64,000 bases of DNA from Betaproteobacteria bacterium (GCA_016704535.1 JADIZZ010000007.1:223866-287865); one strand, 5' to 3'; numbered from the stretch's first letter, positions 42,925 through 51,679 are shown. The notes: generated by a model from the sequence alone, not told the origin. Made by a program: numbers and translations.

Positions 42925-43242
42925 ATGGCCCAGTTCGACGCCTACGAGAACCCGAGTGCCGCACAGCGCGAGGCCTTCCCCTATTTCGTGGTGTTGCAGA
43001 GCGACCAACTCGACCACTACTCGACCCGACTGGCGATGCCGCTGGCGCGCACGCCGGCTTCGGCCGCCAACATGCCGCGGCGGCTGTCCCAGGCGGTGAC
43101 CGTGCGTGGCGAACGGCTGTTTCTCGCGCCGCATCTTGTGGCGGCCTTGCCGCGCGCCGTGCTGAGGCGTCCGGTGGGGTCGCTGCGCGGCGATGCGGCG
43201 GCACTGATCGACGCGCTGGATGCCGTGGTCAGCGGTGTCTGA
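42925..43242 (+). CDS. ccdB: CcdB-family toxin
   Basis: 105 aa, aligns by eye along its length with F-plasmid CcdB: MAQFDAY / MQFKVYTY, VVLQSDQLD / VDVQSDIID, RLAMPLA / RMVIPLA, and the C-terminal IDALDAVVSG / INLMFWG. Confidence 0.85.
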   Translation: MAQFDAYENPSAAQREAFPYFVVLQSDQLDHYSTRLAMPLARTPASAANMPRRLSQAVTVRGERLFLAPHLVAALPRAVLRRPVGSLRGDAAALIDALDAVVSGV

Positions 43243-43696
43243 ATCCACCCGATTCAAGATCCCGCGCTCGGTGCTGGTGGTCATCCACACCCCGGCGCTG
43301 GACGTGCTGCTGATCGAGCGCGCCGACAAGCCCGGATACTGGCAGAGCGTTACCGGCAGCCTCGATGCCGAAGACGAAGCGCTGGACGGCACCGCGCGGC
43401 GCGAGGTGCTCGAAGAGACCGGCATCGACGTCGACCGCGTCGGCGGCGTGCTGCGCGACTGGCAGCAGCAGAACGTCTACACCATCTACGCCACCTGGCG
43501 CCACCGCTACGCGCCAGGTGTCACGCACAACACCGAGCACGTGTTCGGCCTCACCGTGCCCGTGGGCACGCCCGTGGTGCTGAGCCCGCGCGAGCACCTG
43601 GCCTTCGCCTGGTTGCCCTGGCAGGAAGCCGCGGCGCGCTGCTTCTCGCCGAGCAACGCCGAGGCCATCCGCCGCCTGCCCACTATGCTGCCTTGA
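43220..43696 (+). CDS. nudB: dihydroneopterin triphosphate diphosphatase (Nudix)
   Basis: FKIPRSVLVVIHT...YWQSVTGSL...REVLEETGIDV parallels E. coli NudB. The start is ATG 43220 or, more likely by length, GTG 43235; both lie inside the ccdB 3' end. Confidence 0.85.
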   Translation: MPWSAVSESTRFKIPRSVLVVIHTPALDVLLIERADKPGYWQSVTGSLDAEDEALDGTARREVLEETGIDVDRVGGVLRDWQQQNVYTIYATWRHRYAPGVTHNTEHVFGLTVPVGTPVVLSPREHLAFAWLPWQEAAARCFSPSNAEAIRRLPTMLP

Positions 43697-43706
43697 CAAC
43701 CCGGCC

Positions 43707-44528
43707 ATGACCCTGAACCCGATGAACTCGTCGAAGTTGCCGCCGCACACCGGCTTTGCCGGCCTGCGCGTGGCCACCTACAACATCCACAAGGGCGTGC
43801 GTGGCGTGGGCCCGCGCAAGCGGCTGGAGATCCACAACCTGGGCCTGGCCGTCGAGGCGCTGGACGCCGACCTCGTCTTCCTGCAGGAAGTGCGCGCTTT
43901 CCACACTCGCGAGGCGCGCCGCTTCGAGCGCACCAGCTTCGGCTGGCCCGCGCAGGGCCAGGCCGAGTTTCTGGCGCCCGATGGCTACGAAGTGGCTTAC
44001 CGCAGCAATGCCGTCACGCGCCATGGTGAACACGGCAACGCGCTGCTGTCGCGCTGGCCACTGGGTGACATCGGGCACCACGACGTCAGCGATCACCGCT
44101 TCGAGCAGCGTGGCCTGCTGCACGTGCCGGTGCGCTGGAGCGGCAGCACCGTGCACGCGGTGGTGGTGCACTTCGGCCTCGTGCACCGCAGCCGCGTGCG
44201 CCAGGTGCAGCGCCTGGCCCGGTTCATCGCTGCCGAGGTGCCGGCCGGCGAGATGCTCGTGGTGGCAGGCGACTTCAACGACTGGGGTGAAAGGCTCGAC
44301 GGCCCGATGGCCGAACTGGGCCTGCGCCGCGCGGCAGCGCCTGGCGCGCGACGTGCCGACGACTGCACCTTTCCGTCGCTGGCACCGGTGTTCTCGCTCG
44401 ACCGCTTCTACGTGCGCGGCCTGGCGTGCCGCTCGACGATGGTGCCGCGCGGCTCCACCTGGGCGCGCATGTCGGATCACCTGCCTTTGGTGGCCGAACT
44501 CGAACCCTGGATCGGCGACGGGCCGTGA
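43707..44528 (+). CDS. endonuclease/exonuclease/phosphatase family protein (YbhP-like)
   Basis: LRVATYNIHKGV...DLVFLQEV...GDFNDW...SDHLPL; followed by clsB, as with E. coli ybhP-clsB. Confidence 0.85.
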   Translation: MTLNPMNSSKLPPHTGFAGLRVATYNIHKGVRGVGPRKRLEIHNLGLAVEALDADLVFLQEVRAFHTREARRFERTSFGWPAQGQAEFLAPDGYEVAYRSNAVTRHGEHGNALLSRWPLGDIGHHDVSDHRFEQRGLLHVPVRWSGSTVHAVVVHFGLVHRSRVRQVQRLARFIAAEVPAGEMLVVAGDFNDWGERLDGPMAELGLRRAAAPGARRADDCTFPSLAPVFSLDRFYVRGLACRSTMVPRGSTWARMSDHLPLVAELEPWIGDGP

Positions 44529-45814
44529 TGCCCTCGGCCGACCTGGACCGCCTGCGTGGCTGGGCCAACGTGCCCGCACCGCGTTTCCTGGGCGGCAACC
44601 GGGTCGACCTGCTTCAGGGCGGCGACGAGCTCTTCCCGCGCATGCGGCAGGCCATCGCGGCAGCCACGCGCGAGGTCTGGCTGGCCACCTACATCTTCCA
44701 CGACGACCCGGCGTCCACCACGCTGGCCGTGGCGCTGAAGGAGGCGGCGGGCCGCGGCGTGGCGGTGCACGTCGTCGTCGACGGCTTCGGCACCATGGCC
44801 ACGCTGCCCAGCGTTCGTGCGCTGTTCGCCGACAGCGGCGTGCGGCTCGAAGTCTTCCGCCCGCTCGACCGCTGGTACGCCTGGCTGCAGCCCGGGCAGC
44901 TGCGCCGCCTGCACCAGAAGCTGTGCGTCTGCGACGAGCGGGTGGCCTTCGTCGGCGGCATCAACGTCATCGACGACCGCCACGACATGAACCACGGCTG
45001 GACGGACACGCCGCGGCTGGATTACGCGGTGCAGGTGGAAGGCCCGTTGGCCGAACAGGTGCACGCCACGGCGCGAGCGATGTGGGCGCGCGCGCACCTG
45101 CTGAGCAACTGGCGCGAGGAGTTCAGGGCACTGGCGCGCAGCGCGCGACCGGTGAAGCAGGCCATGACCATCGTGCGCGACCTGCGCGGCCAGCCGCAGC
45201 CCGGTGAGGCCGCGCCGGGCGAAGGCGCCCCGGACGCCCCGGTGCGCGCCGCCTTCCTGGTGCGCGACAACCTGCGCCAGCGCCGCGCCATCGAGCGCAG
45301 CTACGTCGAGGCCATCCGCCATGCAAGGCACCGCGTCGACCTGGCCGTGCCCTACTTCTACCCCGGCCGTGGCTTCCGCCGCGCCATTCGCCACGCGGCG
45401 CGGCGCGGCGTGCAGGTGCGGCTGCTGCTGCAGGGCAAGGTGGACTACCGCATCGCCGCGCTGGCCGCGCGCGCGCTGTACGACGAACTGCGCACCCATG
45501 GCGTGCGCATCTACGAGTACACGCCGGCCTTCCTGCACGCCAAGGTGGCGGTGGTCGACGACGACTGGGCCACCGTGGGCAGCAGCAACATCGACCCGCT
45601 GAGCCTGCTGCTGAACCTGGAGGCCAACGTCGTCGTGCGTGACGCCGGCTTCGCCGCCGCGTTGGGCGCAAGACTGCAACAGGCTTTCGACCTGTCGCTC
45701 GAAGTGGGTGGTACGCCAGTGCGTACCGGCTGGCGGCGCTGGCTGCACCGCGGCGTGGTGGCCTGGGCGGCCCACCTCTACCTGCGGCTGGCCGGGATCA
45801 CGGGACGGTATTGA
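44528..45814 (+). CDS. clsB: cardiolipin synthase ClsB (PLD family)
   Basis: Tail of ORF 44426..45814. ATG overlaps the upstream stop (GTGATG). Two HKD motifs: LHQKLCVCDERVAFVGGIN and LHAKVAVVDDDWATVGSSN. Confidence 0.9.
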   Translation: MPSADLDRLRGWANVPAPRFLGGNRVDLLQGGDELFPRMRQAIAAATREVWLATYIFHDDPASTTLAVALKEAAGRGVAVHVVVDGFGTMATLPSVRALFADSGVRLEVFRPLDRWYAWLQPGQLRRLHQKLCVCDERVAFVGGINVIDDRHDMNHGWTDTPRLDYAVQVEGPLAEQVHATARAMWARAHLLSNWREEFRALARSARPVKQAMTIVRDLRGQPQPGEAAPGEGAPDAPVRAAFLVRDNLRQRRAIERSYVEAIRHARHRVDLAVPYFYPGRGFRRAIRHAARRGVQVRLLLQGKVDYRIAALAARALYDELRTHGVRIYEYTPAFLHAKVAVVDDDWATVGSSNIDPLSLLLNLEANVVVRDAGFAAALGARLQQAFDLSLEVGGTPVRTGWRRWLHRGVVAWAAHLYLRLAGITGRY

Positions 45815-46914
45815 CCTTGGGCGGCGCAGCCAGCGACCTCATCGTGCAGCGCCCGGAAGGGCTGTATTGCGCGCCCGGCGACTTCTTCATCGACCCTTGG
45901 CGCCCGGTGGCGCGGGCCGTGATCACGCACGCCCATGCCGACCACGCGCGTCGCGGGCACGGGGCCTACCTGGCCACGGCGGTCGGTGCCGGCGTGCTGC
46001 GCGCGCGGCTGGGCGACATCACGCTCCAGGGCCTGGCCTACGGCGAGGCGGTGACGATCGACGGCGTGCGAGTGTCACTGCATCCTGCCGGCCATGTGCT
46101 CGGTTCGGCGCAGGTGCGCGTCGAGCACGGCGGCCAAGTCTGGGTGGCCTCTGGCGACTACTTCACCAGCGGGGTCGATGCGGATGTGAACGCCACCTGC
46201 ACGCCCTTCGAGCCCGTTCGCTGCGACACCTTCATCACCGAGAGCACCTTCGGCCTGCCCGTCTACCGCTGGCGCCCGCAGGCCGAGGTCATGGCCGAGA
46301 TCGTGGCCTGGTGGGGTGCCAACGCCGACGCGGGCCGGGCCAGCCTGTTGCTGGGCTACAGCTTCGGCAAGGCGCAGCGGCTGCTGGCTGGCGTGCAGGC
46401 AGGTGTCGATGCGGGCCTCGGCCCCATCGTCGTGCACGGTGCGGTGGAGCCGCTGAACCAGGCCTACCGCGAAGCCGGCGTGGCGCTGCCACCCACGCTG
46501 CGGCTGGAGGCCGTGGCCGACAAGGCGCTGCTGCGGCGTGCGCTGGTGATCGCACCGCCGGCGGTGCTGGGCAGCGCCTGGGCGCGGAAGTTCGGTGAGA
46601 CCAGCGACGCCTTCGCCAGCGGTTGGATGCAGCTGCGTGGCGCGCGGCGCCGCCAGGGTGTCGACCGCGGCTTCGCGCTCAGCGACCACGCCGACTGGCC
46701 GGGCCTGCAGCGCGCCATAGCCGCCACCGGCGCCAGCCGTGTCATCGTCACCCACGGTTACGAGGCGGTGATGGTGCGCTGGCTGCAGCAGCAGGGGCTG
46801 CAGGCGGGCAGCTTCAGCACCGCCTATGGCAGCGACGACGGCGAGTCAGCGGCCGTCGTCGCTGCTGCCGACGCCACCTTCAGCGCTGCCACCGGGGTCG
46901 CGCCCGGCCCTTGA
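45811..46914 (+). CDS. ligase-associated DNA damage response exonuclease (metallo-beta-lactamase fold)
   Basis: PEGLYCAPGDFFIDPWRPVARAVITHAHADHAR...LHPAGHVLGSAQ. The TTG start at 45811 is uncertain; alternatives are TTG 45817 and GTG 45844. Confidence 0.8.
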   Translation: MTLGGAASDLIVQRPEGLYCAPGDFFIDPWRPVARAVITHAHADHARRGHGAYLATAVGAGVLRARLGDITLQGLAYGEAVTIDGVRVSLHPAGHVLGSAQVRVEHGGQVWVASGDYFTSGVDADVNATCTPFEPVRCDTFITESTFGLPVYRWRPQAEVMAEIVAWWGANADAGRASLLLGYSFGKAQRLLAGVQAGVDAGLGPIVVHGAVEPLNQAYREAGVALPPTLRLEAVADKALLRRALVIAPPAVLGSAWARKFGETSDAFASGWMQLRGARRRQGVDRGFALSDHADWPGLQRAIAATGASRVIVTHGYEAVMVRWLQQQGLQAGSFSTAYGSDDGESAAVVAAADATFSAATGVAPGP

Positions 46915-48096
46915 GCGCCAGCGGCTCCACCCCAGCGCCGCCAGCGTCAGCAGCGCGAAGGCGGCACCGGCGCCGAAGGTCCAGGCCGAGCCCAGCGTGT
47001 CCCAGAGCAGCCCGGCCACGACGCTGGCCAGCAGCATGGCCACGCCGCTGGCCAGGTTGAAGAAGCCGAAGGCGGTGCCGCGCAAGTCGGCCGGTGCCTC
47101 TCGTGCCACCATCGCGGCCAGCAGACCCTGCGTCATGCCCATGTGCACGCCCCAAAGCGCCGCGCCCAGCAGCATCACCCCCCAGTGGCTGGCGGTGGCC
47201 AGCAACAGATCGGCCGCCACCAGCACCACCAGCCCGCCGGCGAGCAGCTTGCGGTGGTCCATGGTGTCCGAGAGCCTGCCAAAGGGGTAGGCCGATGCGG
47301 CGTAGACGAGGTTCATCGCCACCATCACCAGCGGCACCCAGGCCATGCCTACACCCAGCTGCTGTGCGCGCAGCACGAGGAAGGCCTCGCTGAACCGGGC
47401 CAGCGTGAACACCGCGCCGACGCCCACGACACGCCAGTAGGCGACGGGCAGGCGCGCCAGCGCGTCGCGGCGGATCGGGTTCACTGGCGCGTGGGTCGCG
47501 GCGCGCGGCGCCTCGTGCACGCCGAAGATGAGCAGCGCCACCGCCAGCGCCCCCGGTATTGCCGCCACCCAGAACACGGACCGGAAGTCGTTGGCCCACA
47601 GCAGCATCAGCGCCGTGGCCACCAGCGGCCCGAGAAAGGCGCCCACGGTGTCGAGCGATTGCCGCAGCCCGTAGGCGGCACCGCGCACGGCTGGCGGCGT
47701 GATGTCGGCCAGCAGCGCGTCGCGCGGCGCGCCGCGAATGCCTTTACCGACGCGGTCGACGAAACGCGCCGCGACCACCATGCCCGCGCCGCCGGCCACG
47801 GCGAAGAAGGGCTTGCTGAAGGCGCCCATCGCGTATCCCAGCACCGCCAGGCCCTTGCGGCGCCCGAGCCAGTCACTCAGGGCACCCGAGAACACCTTCG
47901 TGATCAGCGCCGTCGACTCGGCGATGCCCTCGATCGCACCCACGGCCAGCACGCTGACGCCCAGCGTGCCCACCAGGAACATCGGCAGCAGGCTGTGCAC
48001 CATTTCGGAAGACAGGTCCATCAGCAGGCTCACGAAGCCCAGTACCCAGACGCCTGCCGGCAGGGCAGCGCGGGGAACGACCGTGGGCGGCTTCAC
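46846..48096 (-). CDS. MFS transporter
   Basis: 416 aa. GFVSLLMDLSSEMVHSLLPMF...SDWLGRRK. Its 3' end overlaps the convergent exonuclease gene by 69 nt. Confidence 0.85.
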   Translation of the reverse strand: MKPPTVVPRAALPAGVWVLGFVSLLMDLSSEMVHSLLPMFLVGTLGVSVLAVGAIEGIAESTALITKVFSGALSDWLGRRKGLAVLGYAMGAFSKPFFAVAGGAGMVVAARFVDRVGKGIRGAPRDALLADITPPAVRGAAYGLRQSLDTVGAFLGPLVATALMLLWANDFRSVFWVAAIPGALAVALLIFGVHEAPRAATHAPVNPIRRDALARLPVAYWRVVGVGAVFTLARFSEAFLVLRAQQLGVGMAWVPLVMVAMNLVYAASAYPFGRLSDTMDHRKLLAGGLVVLVAADLLLATASHWGVMLLGAALWGVHMGMTQGLLAAMVAREAPADLRGTAFGFFNLASGVAMLLASVVAGLLWDTLGSAWTFGAGAAFALLTLAALGWSRWRSRAGRDPGGSAEGGVGSSDDGR

Positions 48097-48147
48097 GTCA
48101 GTCTGCCCACCGGGTCGAGACCGAAGTCGGCCCGCACAGAGGCATGA

Positions 48148-48627
48148 TCAATCGTTGACTGGCCTGCCCACCAGTTGCACGTCCAGCCGCGGCTCGGTCA
48201 GCTTGGCGTCGATGCGGCTCTCGACGAAGATGTGCTGCGGGTCGATGCCGCGATCGGTCAGGTATTTGCGAAGGGCCTGCAGTCGGGCCGGCGTCAGGTC
48301 GCGTTCGCCCTGGCCGCTGCCGTCGATCTGCCAGGGGCCCACCGGCACCAGCAGCGCCACCTCGACCTGCAGGCCCAGCGCATTGAGGATGAGTTCGGTG
48401 AGCTGGCTCTTGGCGCTGTCGGTGAGCTGGTTGCCCTTGAACAAGCCTCGCGCAGGCAGCGAGACAGTGCGGGACTTGTCCTTGTCATCCACCAGCGGTT
48501 TGGGCAGCGGCACCACGGGCTGGTCGCCCGGGGCCGCAGCCGACGGGCCGGCGGTCAGCAGCACGGTCATGGCCAGCAGCGTGGCCGTCAGGGCGTGTCG
48601 GTGCGCGGTGACAGCGGGCTGGGGCAT
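48148..48627 (-). CDS. hypothetical secreted protein with a weak OmpA-C-like tail
   Basis: Tail of ORF 48148..49044. ATG 48627 is preceded by AAAGGAAG. Signal-like segment ALTATLLAMTVLLTAGPSAAA. The tail LTPARLQALRKYLTDRGIDPQHIFV resembles OmpA-C, but the family is not securely recognised. Confidence 0.5.
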   Translation of the reverse strand: MPQPAVTAHRHALTATLLAMTVLLTAGPSAAAPGDQPVVPLPKPLVDDKDKSRTVSLPARGLFKGNQLTDSAKSQLTELILNALGLQVEVALLVPVGPWQIDGSGQGERDLTPARLQALRKYLTDRGIDPQHIFVESRIDAKLTEPRLDVQLVGRPVND

Positions 48628-48695
48628 CCGGCTTCCTTTCAGTGGTGCGGTCATTGTGGCTGTTTCGGACACGTGACAGGCATCATCATCCCTCC

Positions 48696-50411
48696 ATGCG
48701 CCGTTTTGCCGACCTCTATCAGGCGCTGGACGCCAGCACCGCGACCCAGGCCAAGGTGGCGGCGCTGCGCCGCTATTTCCAGCGCGCGCCTGCCGCAGAC
48801 GCCGCCTGGGCGGTGTACTTCCTGACCGGCGGCAAGCCACGCCAGGTGGTGCCGACGGCGCTGTTGAGAGAGGTGGCATGCCGCCAGGCCGGCATCGACG
48901 ACTGGCTGTTCGACGCCTGCCACCAGGCGGTGGGCGACCTGGCCGAGACCATCGCCCATGTGCTGCCACCCGGTGGCGATGGTGACGATGCGGGGCTGGC
49001 CACCTGGGTCGAGCAGCGCCTGCTGCCCCTGCGCGGCCTGGCACCGGCCGAGCAGGCCGAGCGCATCGCAGCCGCCTGGGCCGGGCTGGACAGCGCGGGC
49101 CGCTTCTTGCTGGTCAAGCTGATCGGTGGCGGCTTCCGTGTCGGCGTCAGCAAGCTGCTGGTGCAGCGTGCGCTGGCCGAGGTGGCGGGACTGGACGCGC
49201 AGTGGATGGCGCAGCGTCTCGTGGGCTGGACCGACGCGCGTTGCACACCCAGCGCCGAGCGATACGCGGCACTGCTGGCGCCGGTGGTGGCTGCGCCTGA
49301 TGGTCGTGTGCAACGCGGGGGCCAGCCTTACCCCTTTTTCCTGGCCCATGCGCTGCAGTGCGATGCCGGGAACCTGCAGGCCACGCTGGGTTCGCCGCAG
49401 GACTGGCTGGTGGAGTGGAAGTACGACGGCATGCGCGCCCAGGCGGTCAAGCGCGACGGGCAGGTGTGGATCTGGTCGCGCGGCGAGGAACTGGTGACCG
49501 AGCGCTTTCCGGAAGTGGTGCAGCAGGCCGCCGCCTGGCCCGACGGCACGGTGGTGGATGGCGAACTGCTGGCCTGGCAGCCCGGCAGTGCCACGCCCGC
49601 ACCCTTCAACCTGCTGCAGCAGCGTTTGAACCGCAAGACTTTGCCGAAGAAGTTGTTGGCCGACGCGCCCGTGGCGCTGCTGGCCTACGATCTGCTCGAA
49701 GCCGAGGGAGCCGACCTGCGTGCCGTGCCGCAGGCGCAGCGCCGAAGCCAGCTCGAAGCCTTCGCCGCCGAGCATCGGTTGCGCCTGTCGCCCGAAGTGC
49801 TGGCCGACGACTGGGCGGCCTATGCCACGCTGCGGGGCACCGCGCGGGAACGGGGTGTCGAGGGCTTCATGCTCAAGCACCGCGCCTCGCGCTACGGCAG
49901 CGGCCGCACGAAGGGCGAGGGCACGTGGTGGAAGTGGAAGCTCGATCCGCTGAGCGTCGACGCCGTGCTCGTCTATGCCCAGGCCGGGCACGGCCGACGC
50001 GCCGGCGTCTACACCGACTACACCTTTGCGGTGTGGAGCCGCACGCCGACCAACGCCGTGGAGGCGCAAGCGGTGGTCGAGGCCATCGCGCGCCGCGAGC
50101 CGGCGCCGGCGCGCGACAGCGGCGCGCTGCAACTGCTGCCCTTCGCCAAGGCCTATTCGGGCCTGAGCGACGCGGAATTCCAGGCTGTCGACCGCGTCGT
50201 GCGCGCCACCACGCTGGAGAAGTTCGGCCCCGTGCGCAGCGTGCGCCCCACTCTGGTCTTCGAGATCGGCTTCGAGGGCATGCAACCCAGCCCTCGCCAC
50301 AAGAGCGGCGTGGCAGTGCGCTTCCCTCGCATGCTGCGCATCCGGCACGACAAGCCGCTGCACGAAGCCGACACGCTGGCCAGCCTGCTGGCCTTGGCTG
50401 GCGGCACCTGA
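48696..50411 (+). CDS. ATP-dependent DNA ligase (ligase-associated DNA damage response type)
   Basis: Tail of ORF 48642..50411. MRRFADLYQALDASTATQAKVAALRRYF. Adenylation motif EWKYDGMRAQ (catalytic Lys), then FMLK and WWKWK. Confidence 0.88.
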   Translation: MRRFADLYQALDASTATQAKVAALRRYFQRAPAADAAWAVYFLTGGKPRQVVPTALLREVACRQAGIDDWLFDACHQAVGDLAETIAHVLPPGGDGDDAGLATWVEQRLLPLRGLAPAEQAERIAAAWAGLDSAGRFLLVKLIGGGFRVGVSKLLVQRALAEVAGLDAQWMAQRLVGWTDARCTPSAERYAALLAPVVAAPDGRVQRGGQPYPFFLAHALQCDAGNLQATLGSPQDWLVEWKYDGMRAQAVKRDGQVWIWSRGEELVTERFPEVVQQAAAWPDGTVVDGELLAWQPGSATPAPFNLLQQRLNRKTLPKKLLADAPVALLAYDLLEAEGADLRAVPQAQRRSQLEAFAAEHRLRLSPEVLADDWAAYATLRGTARERGVEGFMLKHRASRYGSGRTKGEGTWWKWKLDPLSVDAVLVYAQAGHGRRAGVYTDYTFAVWSRTPTNAVEAQAVVEAIARREPAPARDSGALQLLPFAKAYSGLSDAEFQAVDRVVRATTLEKFGPVRSVRPTLVFEIGFEGMQPSPRHKSGVAVRFPRMLRIRHDKPLHEADTLASLLALAGGT

Positions 50412-50684
50412 GCCACGGCCCCGAATGGGAGGGGAGCCTTGCCCCGTTCTGTAGTCATCCGCTGACAGCGCGGCGGCCTTCGCACCGACGGACAGGCACG
50501 CGCCTGCCGTCGAAGATCGTGCTGAGAAGAGGACGGCGCGTTCTGAAGGCGCGCGCTCTTGATGGGCGGGCGATGTCGCCTGCCCGAAACGTGAGAGGGG
50601 GTCTGTCATGCCGAACACCTGTTTCATCGGATCTGCCACGGTGCCTGCGCCCCGCCAACAGTCGGGCCCGGCCGGGGTGTGCAC

Positions 50685-50906
50685 ATGAACGGCGGCAAGC
50701 TCGCGGGCATCCTGCTCATCGTGGCCGGCGCACTGGCGCTGATCTACGGCAGCTTCTCGTACACCAAGGAAACGCACGAGGCCAAGCTGGGCCCGATCGA
50801 GCTGTCGGTGAGCGAGAAGCAGACGGTCAACGTGCCGGTGTGGGCCGGCGCGGGCGCCATCGTCGCCGGCATCGCGCTGCTGGCCTTCGGCGGCCGTCGC
50901 GGCTGA
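50685..50906 (+). CDS. small two-TM membrane protein (conserved hypothetical)
   Basis: MNGGKLAGILLIVAGALALIYGSFSYTKETHEAKLGPIELSVSEKQTVNVPVWAGAGAIVAGIALLAF. The two hydrophobic helices were read directly. Confidence 0.6.
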   Translation: MNGGKLAGILLIVAGALALIYGSFSYTKETHEAKLGPIELSVSEKQTVNVPVWAGAGAIVAGIALLAFGGRRG

Positions 50907-51028
50907 ACGTCGAGGGCGCCTGTGACCGCCTGCTGCAGGCCGGCAACTGCACGCCGCAGGAGAAGCACGCCGCGGCCTGAACGTCGCGCTGGCGCCGCTC
51001 AGTTGGCACCGCCCGCGGGACGGGACCC

Positions 51029-51679
51029 TTACCGGAACAGGCCCAGGCGCTGTGCTTCCAGCGCCGCCTCGGCGCGTGAGCTCACGTTGAGCTTGCGGTA
51101 GATCTGTTTCACGTAGTCGGCGATCGTGTGCCGGCTCAGGCTCAGCTGCACGCCGATCTCGGGCAGCGTGTAGCCTTTGGCCACGCGCAGCAGCACCTCG
51201 CTCTCGCGGTCGGTCAGGTTGACGGCGGGAATGGCGTTGGCATTGGCCGCCGGCTTGGCCTTGGCGCTGAAATAAGCCATCACCCGGCGCGCGATGCTGG
51301 GCGAAAGCGACGGCTCGCCCTGGCTGATGCGGTGCAGCTGTTCGATGATCAACTCCCGGGCTTGCTCCTTCAGGATGTAGCCGAAGGCGCCAGCCTGCAG
51401 CGCCGGAAAGAGATGTTCGTCGTCGTCGTGGATGGTCACCACCACACTCTGCGCCTCGGGCTGCAGATCTCGCAGCCGGGTCACCACGTCGACGCCGCTG
51501 CCATCCGGCAGCCCAAGGTCGATCAGGGCGAGGTCGAATTTCACCTCGCCGACGAGCTCGATCGCGTCGTGCACACGCGCGCTTTCCAGGATCGTCGCGC
51601 CAGGAAAGACCTGAAGCACGAGCTTGCGCATCCAGGCACGGATCTCGGGCAGGTCTTCCAGCAGCAATATCGTCTTCAT
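51029..51679 (-). CDS. NarL/FixJ-family response regulator (REC + LuxR HTH)
   Basis: MKTILLLEDLPE...DLALIDLGLPDGSG; C-terminal LTDRESEVLLRVAKGYTLPEIGVQLSLSRHTIADYVKQIYRKL. Confidence 0.9.
   Translation of the reverse strand: MKTILLLEDLPEIRAWMRKLVLQVFPGATILESARVHDAIELVGEVKFDLALIDLGLPDGSGVDVVTRLRDLQPEAQSVVVTIHDDDEHLFPALQAGAFGYILKEQARELIIEQLHRISQGEPSLSPSIARRVMAYFSAKAKPAANANAIPAVNLTDRESEVLLRVAKGYTLPEIGVQLSLSRHTIADYVKQIYRKLNVSSRAEAALEAQRLGLFR

Noticed and set aside
50898-50996. Two similar 23-26-mers (cgcggctgaacgtcgagggcgcc and cgcggcctgaacgtcgcgctggcgcc) 73 bp apart, downstream of the small membrane protein gene
   Set aside because: They are short, imperfect and GC-rich. There are no associated mobility genes or target-site logic. 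Chance or a tiny local duplication is the most likely explanation.
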